In this document: piece by piece, positions 26,484-38,196 of the stretch
Position numbering within the stretch: position 1 is the stretch's first letter
Layout of the letters: each line of letters opens with the position of its first letter
DNA from: Dehalococcoidia bacterium
Lineage (GTDB): Bacteria; Chloroflexota; Dehalococcoidia; Lucifugimonadales; UBA3495
Assembly: GCA_965221295.1 (NCBI GenBank)
Contig: OZ244879.1
Location: 623,252-687,251 of the forward strand
Reading direction: 5' to 3'
DNA: 64,000 bases
Notes under the pieces: generated by a model
Database searches by the model: none
Told to the model about the DNA's origin: nothing
The model's input: only the letters and a program-made list of their open reading frames with translations
Translations under genes and position numbers: made by a program

Positions 26484-26513
26484 ATTATGGGCGAGGCGCC
26501 GGCGCGTTGTCAA
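26484..26513 (-). promoter_or_regulatory. Candidate moaD promoter
   Basis: On the minus strand: TTGACA, an 18-nt spacer and CATAAT. The moaD ATG lies about 10 nt further, giving a very short leader. Confidence 0.35.
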
Positions 26514-26721
26514 CGGGCGCCGAGGCCTCGAGCGCCTGGCGGGCAGCATCCCGCGAATGTCCTGAGGGGGGCGGCTCCCAAGCGACAGATCGAGGCGGAA
26601 CGCCGTCGGGCTCATCTCAACTTGCCGCATCGCTATGGCAAGCCCGGGTGTTTCGCCGGCGCAACCCCCATGAAAAGCCGGGCATGAAAAGCCGGGTATC
26701 ACCGGGCAGCCGCGGGCGTTG

Positions 26722-26750
26722 TTGACAGGGTTTCTGCCCGGCGCTAATAT
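26722..26750 (+). promoter_or_regulatory. Candidate promoter of the ilv-leu leader
   Basis: TTGACA at 26722-26727, a 17-nt spacer and TAATAT at 26745-26750. Confidence 0.5.
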
Positions 26751-26756
26751 CCTTAC

Positions 26757-27037
26757 ACGTTGTTTGCTGTGATGGGGAGTAGTAAGCGGGGTACGGTCGC
26801 GTAGAGAGCCGACGGCTGGTGAAAGTCGGTGGACGGAACCGCAGAACTCGCCCCGGAGCGTCCGGCCTGAGAGTCCGCCTGATTCAGGCGACGATTGTAG
26901 GGCGGGCGGGTCGGCCCCGATATAGGCTGTGCACAAAGAGTTTCGAGTCTGGCCCGAACTTGAGGGCCGGCGCGGAAAAGAAGGGTGGTACCGCGGGAAT
27001 TCAAACCCGTCCCTTCGGGGGGGCGGGTCATTTTTAT
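26757..27037 (+). promoter_or_regulatory. T-box leader (tRNA-sensing riboswitch), probable Leu (CUC) specifier, with terminator
   Basis: Contains an AGAGAG bulge, a GGTGAAAG distal loop and GAA-CUC-G at 26844-26850. The conserved T-box sequence aagGGTGGTACCGCGg lies at 26981-26996. The terminator acccgtccc ttcg ggggggcgggt is followed by cattttt. Confidence 0.8.
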
Positions 27038-27072
27038 GCTCCGCCGATGCAGGATCCAGGCAACACCAGGAG

Positions 27073-28788
27073 ATGCCAACGATGGAAATGACCGGGGCCG
27101 AGATAATTTGCGAAAGCCTCCTGCGCGAAGGCGTGGACACCATATTCGGGTTGCCCGGCGGCGCTGTACTGCCTTTTTACGGCGCGCTTTCCGGATACCC
27201 CCAGTTGCGCCACATCCTGGTACGGCACGAACAGGCAGCCGCTATGGCGGCCGACGGTTACGCCCGCGCCACCGGCAAGGTCGGCGTGTGTTCGGCGACC
27301 TCCGGACCCGGCGCTACCAACCTGGTCACTGGGTTGGCCTCAGCCCAAATGGACTCGGTGCCCATCGTCTGCATCACCGGACAGGTGCCCCGTCCCGCCA
27401 TCGGCCGCGACGCGTTCCAAGAAACGGACATCACCGGCATCACCCTGCCCGTCACCAAGCACAACTACCTGGTGATGGACGTGCGCGACATCGCCCCGGT
27501 GATCAAAGAAGCGTTCTACATCGCCCGAACCGGACGGCCCGGACCGGTTCTGATCGATGTACCGAAGGACATCTTGGCCGGCGAAAAGACCGAATTCGAA
27601 TGGCCCGAGTCAATCGAGTTGCCGGGCTACACCCCGCCAGGCGAAGCCGAACCCGCGCAGGTGGCCGCCGCCGCCCGTTTGATCAACGAAGCCGAACGCC
27701 CTGTGATCCTGGCTGGACACGGTGTGCTGATTTCCCGGGCCTGGGATGAACTGCGGCAGCTGGCAGAGAAGGCGCAGATCCCGGTCATCACCACTCTGCT
27801 CGGCATCAGCGCTCTGCCCACTGACCACATCCTCAACATGGGTATGCCGGGGATGCACGGCATGGCCTACGCCAGCTTGGCCATAGACCGCTCCGATCTG
27901 GTGATCGCCCTGGGCGCGCGGTTCGACGACCGGGTAACCGGCCGCCTCTCCGACTTCGCGCCCCAGGCCAAGATAATCCACTTCGACGTCGACCCCAGCG
28001 AGTTCAACAAGAACGTGGTGGCGGACGCGCCGGTGCTGGGCGACCTGAAAGCCAGCCTGCGCGCCCTGATCGGCCAGGTTCAATCAAACGTGCACCTGGA
28101 CTGGATCAGGGAGACCGACCGGATGCGGGCCGAGCATCCTTCCCTATTCATACGCAAATCCGATGAACTGCTGCCCCAGCAGGTGTTGAAGGAACTGTCG
28201 GACTTCACGGGCGGCGAAAGCATTATCGTCACCGGAGTTGGCCAGCATCAGATGTGGGCGGCTCAGCACTACGGATACAAAGAACCCAATTCCCTGATCA
28301 CGTCGGGCGGCAGCGGAGCCATGGGGTTCGAGGTGCCGGCCGCGTTGGGAGCCAAGGTGGGCCGGCCCGACAAGACCGTGTGGTCCATCGCCGGCGACGG
28401 CGGGTTCCAGATGACCCTTTGCGACCTGGCCACCGCGGTGGAGAACAACATCGACGTGAAGTACGCCATCCTGAACAATGGGTCGTTGGGCATGGTGCGA
28501 CAGTGGCAGGACTTCTTCTACGAAAAAGACTTTTTCGCCACCATCTACAGCGGCAACCCGGACTTCGTAAAACTTGCCGAAGCCTACGGCATCCGGGGCA
28601 TCCGGGTAACGAAGCAGGAGGAAGTCGCCGGGGCGATTCAGGAAGCCATGGAGACGCCCGGCCCGGTGGTGGTGGATTTCGTCGTGAAAGAAGACGAGTT
28701 CGTGTACCCGATGATCCCGGCCGGCGAATCGGTGCACGAAATGCTGGAAGAGCCCGAAGTTGAGGGGGTCGCCATTGAAACCGCATAA
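27073..28788 (+). CDS. ilvB: Acetolactate synthase large subunit (start at 27073 or 27082)
   Basis: Starts MTGAEIICESLLREGVDTIFGLPGGA and carries the TPP-binding motif GDGGFQM...NNGSLGMV. Confidence 0.92.
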   Translation: MPTMEMTGAEIICESLLREGVDTIFGLPGGAVLPFYGALSGYPQLRHILVRHEQAAAMAADGYARATGKVGVCSATSGPGATNLVTGLASAQMDSVPIVCITGQVPRPAIGRDAFQETDITGITLPVTKHNYLVMDVRDIAPVIKEAFYIARTGRPGPVLIDVPKDILAGEKTEFEWPESIELPGYTPPGEAEPAQVAAAARLINEAERPVILAGHGVLISRAWDELRQLAEKAQIPVITTLLGISALPTDHILNMGMPGMHGMAYASLAIDRSDLVIALGARFDDRVTGRLSDFAPQAKIIHFDVDPSEFNKNVVADAPVLGDLKASLRALIGQVQSNVHLDWIRETDRMRAEHPSLFIRKSDELLPQQVLKELSDFTGGESIIVTGVGQHQMWAAQHYGYKEPNSLITSGGSGAMGFEVPAALGAKVGRPDKTVWSIAGDGGFQMTLCDLATAVENNIDVKYAILNNGSLGMVRQWQDFFYEKDFFATIYSGNPDFVKLAEAYGIRGIRVTKQEEVAGAIQEAMETPGPVVVDFVVKEDEFVYPMIPAGESVHEMLEEPEVEGVAIETA

Positions 28789-29377
28789 CGCTCAACAGCA
28801 CACCATCGTTGCTTTGGTGCATGATCGCCCCGGCGTTCTGGCGCGGATCGCCAGCCTCTTCCGACGGCGCGGCTTCAACATCGCCAGCCTGGCCGTGGGC
28901 GCCAGCGAACAGCCGGGCCTGTCTCGCCTCACCTTCGTGGTCACCGGCGACCAGTACACCGTCGAACAGGCAACCCGCCACCTGGACAAATTGATCGACG
29001 TGGTGAAGGTATCCAACATTTCGGATGAAGACACGGTGGCTCGCGAATTGGCGCTGATCAAGGTGCGCGCCACGCCTTCAAACCGCACCGAAATCCTGGA
29101 AATGGCGAACCTGTTCCGGGCTAAAATCGTGGACGTGGGCGCCCGTTCCCTGGTGATCGAAACCACCGGTGAGGAGGACAAGGTCGACGCGCTGTACGAC
29201 CTGCTCCGGCCCTTTGGCATCCTGGAACTGATGCGCACCGGCCGGGTCGCCATGGTGCGCGGCAAGACCGGCGGACGCATCAGCGACGACGTGGGCGCCG
29301 ACATGACGATTATGGGACGGAACGGCGTCGCCGCGCAGCCGGCCGGCTCTGTCCCCGGACACTACGAAGGGGTCTAA
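28775..29377 (+). CDS. ilvN: Acetolactate synthase small (regulatory) subunit
   Basis: Contains the ACT domain [31 protein letters not shown]. The TTG at 28775 is preceded by GAGGGGG. Confidence 0.88.
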   Translation: MKPHNAQQHTIVALVHDRPGVLARIASLFRRRGFNIASLAVGASEQPGLSRLTFVVTGDQYTVEQATRHLDKLIDVVKVSNISDEDTVARELALIKVRATPSNRTEILEMANLFRAKIVDVGARSLVIETTGEEDKVDALYDLLRPFGILELMRTGRVAMVRGKTGGRISDDVGADMTIMGRNGVAAQPAGSVPGHYEGV

Positions 29378-29432
29378 CCAAACACGCCCGGCGCCCCTGG
29401 CGAACCTACGGGCCCACAGAGGATTGATCAGA

Positions 29433-30443
29433 ATGGCAGTGAATATCTACACCGAGAAAGACGCCGACATGTCGTTCCTGGCCGGCAAAACCGTCGGCAT
29501 GGTCGGCTACGGCAGCCAGGGACACGCCCACGCCCTGAACCTGCACGATAGCGGGGTCAAGGTGATGGTGGGCCTGTACGAAGGCAGCGCCAGCCGCCAG
29601 GCGGCCCGGGACGCCGGCCTCGAAGTCGGCAGCGTGGCCGAGGTGGCCAGGGCCGCCGACGTGCTGATGGTGGCGATTCCCGACCACGTTCAGAAGGACG
29701 TGTACCGGGAAGAGATCGAACCCAACCTGGCGCCAGGATCATCCTTGATGTTCGCCCACGGGTTCACCATCCATTACAAGTTCGTCGTGCCGCCGCCGTC
29801 GGTGGACGTGATGATGATCGCCCCCAAGGCGCCGGGACACCGTATGCGCGAACACTTCGTGGAGCAGGGTATCGGAGTGCCGTGCCTGCTGGCGGTGCAT
29901 CAGGACGCCACCGGCAACGCCAAGAACATCGCCCTAGCCTACGCCGCCGGCATCGGTTGCGCCCGCGCCGGCGTGCTGGAAACCACGTTCAAGGACGAAA
30001 CCGAAAGCGACCTGTTCGGCGAACAGTCCGTGCTGTGCGGCGGCGTTACAGCGCTGATCAACCTGGCCTTCGAAACGCTGGTGGAACGCGGCTACCCGCC
30101 TGAAATCGCCTACTTCGAATGCCTGCACGAACTGAAGATGATCGTTGACCTGATTCAGCAGGGCGGCTTCAACTACATGCGCTACTCGGTCAGCGACACC
30201 GCCGAGTACGGCGACCTGACCCGAGGAACCCGGGTGGTGGACGACCACGTTCGCGACAACATGCACCGGGTGCTAGACGACATCCAAAGCGGCTCCTTCG
30301 CCCAGGAATGGATGGCGGAATGCGATGAGGGACGGCACAACTTCCTGCGCCTGCGCCAGGAGGCGCGCACCAGCCGCATCCACGAGGTGGGCCGGGGACT
30401 GCGCGAAATCATGCCGTGGTTGAACCCCAGGGAAATCGAGTGA
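29433..30443 (+). CDS. ilvC: Ketol-acid reductoisomerase
   Basis: Contains [20 protein letters not shown] and [11 protein letters not shown]. Confidence 0.95.
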   Translation: MAVNIYTEKDADMSFLAGKTVGMVGYGSQGHAHALNLHDSGVKVMVGLYEGSASRQAARDAGLEVGSVAEVARAADVLMVAIPDHVQKDVYREEIEPNLAPGSSLMFAHGFTIHYKFVVPPPSVDVMMIAPKAPGHRMREHFVEQGIGVPCLLAVHQDATGNAKNIALAYAAGIGCARAGVLETTFKDETESDLFGEQSVLCGGVTALINLAFETLVERGYPPEIAYFECLHELKMIVDLIQQGGFNYMRYSVSDTAEYGDLTRGTRVVDDHVRDNMHRVLDDIQSGSFAQEWMAECDEGRHNFLRLRQEARTSRIHEVGRGLREIMPWLNPREIE

Positions 30444-30785
30444 TCGACCGCTGGTTCGATTCTCATCACCGCCGGGGAGGCATCCGCGATTCTGTATCCC
30501 AATTGGCGCATGCGAAACGTACGAGGTGACATGATGAAAATGGAGGTACTGTGCAGAGCAGTTCACCATCGCAGTCTGGTCTTGGCAGGGCTGGCTGCGG
30601 TGGACTGCGTGGGCCTGCCGCGCCTTTCCGTTGAAGTTCCCCAGGTGAAGTCCCCCAGGTGAAGTCTCCATAGGTGAAGTCCGCACGGGACCGTAATGGC
30701 CGCGACTTTGCGGACAACGCCAACCGCGCCCATCGTTGCGCTGATCCCTCTGGGCGCGCCACCCTACTGAAGGAAAGGAACCAAA

Positions 30786-32345
30786 ATGGTTGCACAGGTA
30801 AAGTTTCTGGATACCACCCTGCGCGATGGTGAACAGTCTGCCGGCATCGGCATGACGGTGGAAGAAAAACTGCAAATCGCGCGCCAACTGGCCCGGCTGA
30901 AGGTCGATATCATCGAGGCCGGCTTTGCCGCCAGCTCGCCCGGCGATTTTGAGGCCGTGTCCCGAATCGCCAACGAAGTGGAAGGCCCCATCATCTGCTC
31001 GCTGTCCCGGGCCGTGGCCGGGGATGTGGACGCGGCTTGGAACGCTATCAAAGGCGCCAAAAAACCCCGAATTCACGTGTTCTTGTCTTCGTCCGAGATC
31101 CACCAGATGCACCAGCTGCGGAAGGATCGCGAAGACGTGATGACCATGGCCGTGGATATGGTCGCCCGCGCCAAGAGCTACTGCGAGGACGTTGAATTCT
31201 CGCCCATGGACGCCACCAGAACCAACTCCGAATACCTCTACCGGATGCTGGAAGAGGTGATCAAGGTCGGGGCAACCACCATCAACGTGGCCGACACCGT
31301 GGGCTACGCGATTCCGTCAGATTTCCAAACCATGCTGCGCGACATCCAGGGAAATGTCCGGGGCATCGAGAACGTCACCCTTTCGGTGCACTGCCACAAC
31401 GACCTGGGGCTGGCCGTGTCCAACAGCCTGGCGGCAATCGAAGCCGGCGCCCGGCAGGTCGAGGGTTGCATCAACGGCATAGGCGAACGCGCGGGCAACG
31501 CCTCCCTAGAAGAGATCATCATGGCGCTGGACACCCGCAAGGACCTGTTCGGCGTCGAGCTGAACGTGGACACCACGCAGATCTACCCCAGCAGCCGCCT
31601 GGTGAGCCGCATTACCGGAATGAACGTACAGGCCAACAAGGCCATCGTGGGCGAAAACGCCTTCCGACACGCCTCAGGCATCCACCAGGACGGCGTGCTC
31701 AAGGATCGATCAACCTATGAAGTGATGCAGCCCGAACGCGTCGGTCTGCCGCCCGACGTTCAGCTGGTCTTGGGCAAACTCAGCGGCCGCGCCGGATTGC
31801 AGGCGCGACTTGAGGCCCTGGGCTACTCGCTGGACCGGGAAGAAATCACGGGCGTTTACCAACGCTTCCTGGAATTGGCCGACAAGAAGAGCGAGATCAC
31901 GGATCGCGATCTGGAAGTCCTGATGGACGAGGCGAACCGCTCCGCGTCGGAACCTGTCACATATTCTCTGGAAACCGTGTATTTCACCGGCGGAGATAAG
32001 GACATCCCCACCGCTACCGTGCGTCTCATCGGCCCCGATGGCGAGGCCCACACCGACGCCTCCACAGGCAACGGCCCGGTGGACGCCGTGTGCCGCGCCA
32101 TAGACCGGGTGGTGGGCACCACCGCAACGGTGACCGACTTCCAGGTTCAGGCCGTTACGGAAGGCCGGGATTCCGTCGGCTCGGTGTCCATGCGCATTGA
32201 AAACAGCGGCCGGGTGTTCTCCGGTCGCGGAGCCAACACGGACATCGTGGTTGCCAGCGCCCAGGCGTACCTGAGCGCGGTGAACCGGCTGCTGGCGGCC
32301 GACGAAGAAGCGTCGTTGCCAGCGGTGGGAACCACCCCGGATTAG
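30786..32345 (+). CDS. leuA: 2-isopropylmalate synthase
   Basis: Contains [13 protein letters not shown] and [16 protein letters not shown] plus a C-terminal LeuA dimerisation/regulatory domain. Confidence 0.92.
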   Translation: MVAQVKFLDTTLRDGEQSAGIGMTVEEKLQIARQLARLKVDIIEAGFAASSPGDFEAVSRIANEVEGPIICSLSRAVAGDVDAAWNAIKGAKKPRIHVFLSSSEIHQMHQLRKDREDVMTMAVDMVARAKSYCEDVEFSPMDATRTNSEYLYRMLEEVIKVGATTINVADTVGYAIPSDFQTMLRDIQGNVRGIENVTLSVHCHNDLGLAVSNSLAAIEAGARQVEGCINGIGERAGNASLEEIIMALDTRKDLFGVELNVDTTQIYPSSRLVSRITGMNVQANKAIVGENAFRHASGIHQDGVLKDRSTYEVMQPERVGLPPDVQLVLGKLSGRAGLQARLEALGYSLDREEITGVYQRFLELADKKSEITDRDLEVLMDEANRSASEPVTYSLETVYFTGGDKDIPTATVRLIGPDGEAHTDASTGNGPVDAVCRAIDRVVGTTATVTDFQVQAVTEGRDSVGSVSMRIENSGRVFSGRGANTDIVVASAQAYLSAVNRLLAADEEASLPAVGTTPD

Positions 32346-32579
32346 GCTTGGCTCCGGGGACTAGGCTTGGCTCCGGGGACTAGGCTGAACTCAAGCCAAC
32401 CACCCTGATTGGGGAGCGCATTGCGTAGGGGCGGGTTCCACAACCCGCCCCTAATTTTCGGTCAACGCCAACGACCGTGGCGAAGATGGTCAGGAACCCG
32501 CCCTCGCGTCGCTGGCGGGCTTTGCCAATACGGGATCTGCCAATGCGAGCTCTGCAAACACAGGCTCTGCCGGTAAACC

Positions 32580-33593
32580 TTACAGCAGCGGCATTTGCAT
32601 CGACAAGTCTACCGGGGTAGCGTTCTTGCCCAGGTGCGTAGCGGCGTAACCCAGCTGGCGCAGGCGAGCGGCCAGGTCGGGAAAGCCAAACACGGTGTAC
32701 ACCCGGCGAGGTTGCGCCGCCTCCACGTAGGCCAGCAGGTCGTTGAAATCCGCGTGGTCGCTGTAGGGCAGGCTGGAATCGCCGGGGCGTCCTCGGCCCC
32801 AGGGCTTGGCTCCTTTGCCGGCAGCCCATCCGGTGAGTTCCAGATAACGCGCCGGACGACCCGCCGGCAACCGCTGCCCAATCGCATCCCGGGATTTCCT
32901 GCCCGGCGGGAAGAGCAGTACCTCGCCGTCGCGGTACTGGCCATCGAACGCGCGGTAGGTTCCGGGGAACCTGACGCCGATTGACTCGTACCGGGCGGCA
33001 ATTTCGTACACGCCCTCCTCGCACGCCACCGGGAACCCAGCGGAGAGCAGATGATGCAGGGCCTCCTGAGCCTTGCCCAGTCGCCAACCCAGAACCACCG
33101 GGGTCGCCCCTTGGTCAAGCCACCGGCCGATCACGCGCCGGGCCGTGGCAATGGATTCCTCCTGGGGCGGGAACACGTAGCGGGGATGTCCGTAGGTGCT
33201 TTCGATGACCAGGACATCGCAGGGGACGATTTCCGCCGGCTCGTTGATGGGCGACGGTTGCGTCCGCAGGTCTCCGGTGTAGAGGAGTCGCTCTCCGGTA
33301 GCGCGGCTGGTCACCAGCGTCTGGGCGGACCCGAGGCAATGGCCGGCCGGGTGGAAGGTTAACGTGTAGTCGGGCGTTTCCAGTGGCTCGCCGTATTTCA
33401 ATTCAATGGGCTGAGAACGGCTGAAGTAGTCGCCCAACAAAATTCGGGTTTCCGGGGTCAGGGTCGGGCGGTCGTGCCGGGCAACGTGGTCGGAATGAGC
33501 GTGGGACACGACCGAAGCGTTGCGCTTGCGCTGGCAGTCCAACCACAGGTCCAGCTGCGGCAGATAAACTCCACGGTCGAATGCCACGTCCAA
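32580..33593 (-). CDS. MBL-fold / beta-CASP nuclease, resembling the ligase-associated DNA damage response exonuclease family
   Basis: Contains HAHSDH (HxHxDH) and a C-terminal YSDHADFNDLLAYVEAAQPRRVYTVFG. No ligase or Lhr helicase gene is adjacent in this window. Confidence 0.7.
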   Translation of the reverse strand: MDVAFDRGVYLPQLDLWLDCQRKRNASVVSHAHSDHVARHDRPTLTPETRILLGDYFSRSQPIELKYGEPLETPDYTLTFHPAGHCLGSAQTLVTSRATGERLLYTGDLRTQPSPINEPAEIVPCDVLVIESTYGHPRYVFPPQEESIATARRVIGRWLDQGATPVVLGWRLGKAQEALHHLLSAGFPVACEEGVYEIAARYESIGVRFPGTYRAFDGQYRDGEVLLFPPGRKSRDAIGQRLPAGRPARYLELTGWAAGKGAKPWGRGRPGDSSLPYSDHADFNDLLAYVEAAQPRRVYTVFGFPDLAARLRQLGYAATHLGKNATPVDLSMQMPLL

Positions 33594-34593
33594 AATTTGG
33601 AGCCCTCGAACTGCTGGGCTGGCGAGTCGATCTCCCAGTTAAGCCACGGGGCGCCCCGAAAACCAAGGTGCAGCGCCCACAAGGCCATTGGGCGTCCGCA
33701 AAGCTATTGGGCGCCCGCAAGGCTATTGGGCGACCATCGCGCCAGCCTCATGCGGACTGGGAAAACAAGCAAAAATGGTGGAGACGGGGGAGAGTCGCAC
33801 TCCCCGTCCAGAAACTCCCCTGATCGGATCTGCTACAAGCTTGTTCGGCGCTTTAGTCTCGCTGCCGCCGACTCTCGCCGACGGGATTCGGCAGCGGCCA
33901 GCCGATGAAATCTGTGGCCCCGGTTATCGGCGTCGCTGGGGTAGCATCCCGGAATGATTGGTCGTCCGCTTCCCGGCTTCCGGGCCTACCGGTGGCAGAC
34001 GTAGCCGCGACTAGGCGGCTAGAGCGAATTCACGTTCGCCAGTTAGTTGTTCGCCACCGTTTTTAGCGAGGGCAGCGGCAGCCTCGGCCTGCAATCCGTC
34101 AGAGACCGCTCCTGTCGAACCTACGCGTCCCCAACTATCGATCCCATCAACCAAAGCGGCTCATGGGAACTTCCATATGATACCACCTCCGTGGCCAGGT
34201 AGGCAAAAGAGCCGTGCGCGTCCGCGCCACCGTTTTCCAACACCCGCGATCCCGGGGCGCGTTTCCCCCGCAGCCATCGCGAGCGGCGCCGCCTCGTTGC
34301 GATTGCGACGAGCGTTACCCACGGAGCCATCGCAGGGAGACGCCAGCGCGGGGGCATCCGTTGGCCGCAGGAACGACGCAAAGAGCGAACGGCCGTTATC
34401 GATGGCCAACGATCTTGATGACGAACGATCTAAATGACCACCTAGGACGCTGGCCACCCAAGACGCTGCGCTGCGTCGCCCGCATGGGAGACGCAAGGCG
34501 TGATCCCCCCGCCAAGACGGCCCAAAGCTGCCTGTGCCGACAGCCGACTGGGACGAGCGCTGGCAGGTTCAAAAAATCAGGGCGAATTCGGTG

Positions 34594-34622
34594 TTGACAA
34601 CGGGCCGGCGATGGAGTAAAGT
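34594..34622 (+). promoter_or_regulatory. Candidate rRNA promoter
   Basis: TTGACA at 34594-34599, a 17-nt spacer and TAAAGT at 34617-34622. It lies about 90 nt upstream of the mature 16S 5' end. Confidence 0.55.
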
Positions 34623-34709
34623 AGCCGAACGCTATCGGCGTTGACGGCGTTCAGCCTCCGGCGGCAGCGGGAAATTTAACAGTTGAATAGTGGAAGGAAG
34701 TAAGGTTCT

Positions 34710-36222
<1,513 letters not shown>

Positions 36223-36449
36223 TCAGGGAGACCTATGGTCGTTGACCGCCTAACCGCGCGATTCGATCCACTCCCAGGTCAATCAACGGACGTTCCTGCC
36301 TATCGGCTGGTCAGGTCGAGGCCTCCGGCTTCCCGCAGTCATGACGCAGGTCCCCTGTGAAAATCCGTTGCATCCGGCGATTCGACCGGAAACAATCTCA
36401 AACTTTCTTGCTTCCTTTCACTAATCAACTGTTAAAGCCAACCACCATA

Positions 36450-36485
36450 AACCGGGCCTCTCCACAGAAGCCCGGTTTTGCTTTG
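36450..36485 (+). terminator. Intrinsic terminator downstream of the 16S gene
   Basis: aaccgggc...gcccggtt hairpin followed by ttgctttg. It is preceded at about 36400-36435 by sequence complementary to the 16S leader at about 34675-34710, a likely processing stem. Confidence 0.6.
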
Positions 36486-36552
36486 CCCCAAATCGGCAGT
36501 ATAGTATCCTCCTATCCTCAACTACGCGGCGAACCGCGCCTGCCCGTCTGCC

Positions 36553-37662
36553 ATGCGTATTACCGACCTAGGCGAATTCGGCCTGATCGATCTGGTCCAA
36601 CAATGGACCAAATCCGCCTGCCCGGACCCGGATCGTCTGAACCCGGATTGCCCGAACCCGGATTGCCCGAACCCGGATTGCCCGAACCCGGATTGCCCGA
36701 ACCCGGATTGCCCGAACCCTGATCGAGGGACGATTGCCACCCCTACGTATCGCCTCGTGACGCCCAACGGGGACGACGCGGCCGCCGTGGCCTTTGCAGG
36801 CCCCGTCGTCGAACTTTACACCACCGACACCATGGTCGATGGCATTCACTTCACCGCGTCCACCACACCCTGGCGCGACCTGGGGTGGAAGGCCTTAGCC
36901 TCCAACATCAGCGACATCGCCGCGATGGGTGGCGACCCGTCGGTGGCCCTGATCACCTTGGGTCTCCCACCAGAGACCCTCGTGGACGACGTGCGCGCCC
37001 TGTATCAGGGCATGACCGACATCTGTCGCCAGTTCGGCGCGTGTATCGTCGGTGGCGATATGGTGCGTTCCCCAGTCGCCTTCGTCACCGTTGCTCTCAC
37101 CGGCATCGCTGCAGGGACCCCAATGGTCCGTACCGCAGCGCAGCTGGGGCATCTCATTGGAGTTACCGGGCCCGTGGGAGGGTCGGCTGGCGGTCTGCGC
37201 CAACTCCTGGAGGGAACCGCCGCTTCTGCCGCGGAACCGTCGCCCTTGGTGACGCAACACCGGCGCCCCCATCCGCACGTGTCGGCGGGGCGAACGCTGG
37301 TGGCCGCCGGCGTCGCCTCGGCAATGGACGTGAGCGATGGCCTGGCCGACGACCTGGGCAAGCTTTGTTACGCCAGCGGGGTCGCCGCCACCATCTTCGC
37401 CCACCAGACGCCGGTATTGCCGTCGCTGCGCGCCGCGTTCCCAGACGACTGGCTGGCCCTGGCGCTGTACGGTGGCGAGGATTACGTCATCCTCTTCACG
37501 GCTCCGCAGGATATAATGGACGTCGCCATGGCTGCGCTCCCAGAAGGCGCTGCGGTGGTGGGCAAAATCACCGAAGGAGAGCCGGGCGCCGTGACGATAC
37601 TGGACGAATCGGGCGTCCAGATACCCGCAGCCGGCGGAGGCTGGGATCATTTCGCCGACTGA
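36553..37662 (+). CDS. thiL: Thiamine-monophosphate kinase with an N-terminal pentapeptide-repeat insertion
   Basis: Contains GEFGLIDL...GDDAAAV...TTDTMVDGIHF and an AIR-synthase-like fold pattern. Confidence 0.85.
   Translation: MRITDLGEFGLIDLVQQWTKSACPDPDRLNPDCPNPDCPNPDCPNPDCPNPDCPNPDRGTIATPTYRLVTPNGDDAAAVAFAGPVVELYTTDTMVDGIHFTASTTPWRDLGWKALASNISDIAAMGGDPSVALITLGLPPETLVDDVRALYQGMTDICRQFGACIVGGDMVRSPVAFVTVALTGIAAGTPMVRTAAQLGHLIGVTGPVGGSAGGLRQLLEGTAASAAEPSPLVTQHRRPHPHVSAGRTLVAAGVASAMDVSDGLADDLGKLCYASGVAATIFAHQTPVLPSLRAAFPDDWLALALYGGEDYVILFTAPQDIMDVAMAALPEGAAVVGKITEGEPGAVTILDESGVQIPAAGGGWDHFAD
36621..36725 (+). repeat. Seven in-frame 15-nt tandem units (core cccgaacccggattg, PDCPN) inside thiL
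   Basis: Read directly. Translates to PDPDRLNPDCPNPDCPNPDCPNPDCPNPDCPNPDR. Confidence 0.9.
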
Positions 37663-37668
37663 CCCAAC

Positions 37669-38196
37669 ATGCCTAGCAATATCCTCATACACACCGACAC
37701 CGCCGAAGCCACCCGTCAGGTCGGGCGGATCATTGGAGAAGCCGCCTCACCGGGGGACGTCTATCTGCTCACCGGGCCCCTGGGCGCCGGCAAGACCTGC
37801 CTCACGCAGGGCATTGCCCGCGGGCTCAATGTCGACGGCTACGCTCGCAGCCCCACCTTCGTGCTGATGACCCGATACCAGGGCCGTCTGGTTCTGCACC
37901 ATGCCGACCTCTACCGGATAGACAGCACGGCGGAGGCCTGGGACCTGGGGTTTGAAGACATCGTGTCGGCCGGCGAGGACATCCTCATCGTGGAATGGGC
38001 GGACCGGGCCCCCGACATCTTTCCCGACCATGCTCTCTGGATAGACCTGGACTACGCGTTGGACGAATCCGGCGCCCCGTGCGAAGTGATCCCTGATGAG
38101 GATGGCAGCGTCCCGGCGCGCCACGTCATTTCGATTTCCGACGCGCCGGACCGTTTCGCCAACTTGCTGCAAAGGCTGGAGGCAATCGCAGGCTGA
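37669..38196 (+). CDS. tsaE: tRNA t6A37 biosynthesis ATPase TsaE (YjeE)
   Basis: Contains LTGPLGAGKTCLTQGIARGL and HHADLYR. Confidence 0.88.
   Translation: MPSNILIHTDTAEATRQVGRIIGEAASPGDVYLLTGPLGAGKTCLTQGIARGLNVDGYARSPTFVLMTRYQGRLVLHHADLYRIDSTAEAWDLGFEDIVSAGEDILIVEWADRAPDIFPDHALWIDLDYALDESGAPCEVIPDEDGSVPARHVISISDAPDRFANLLQRLEAIAG

Noticed and set aside
26474-26720. Possible Moco riboswitch upstream of moaD
   Set aside because: A promoter-like TTGACA/CATAAT pair lies only about 10-35 nt from the moaD start, leaving no room for a leader. I could not see the Moco motif cores.
26463-27143. 226-aa minus-strand ORF and other ORFs over 26750-27090
   Set aside because: The region is explained by the T-box leader and the divergent moaD and ilv promoters. 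The ORF composition is shadow-like.
30444-30480. tRNA-like T-arm sequence (ctggttcgattctcat)
   Set aside because: The flanks of the TTCGATT loop are not complementary, and no acceptor, D or anticodon arms can be drawn.
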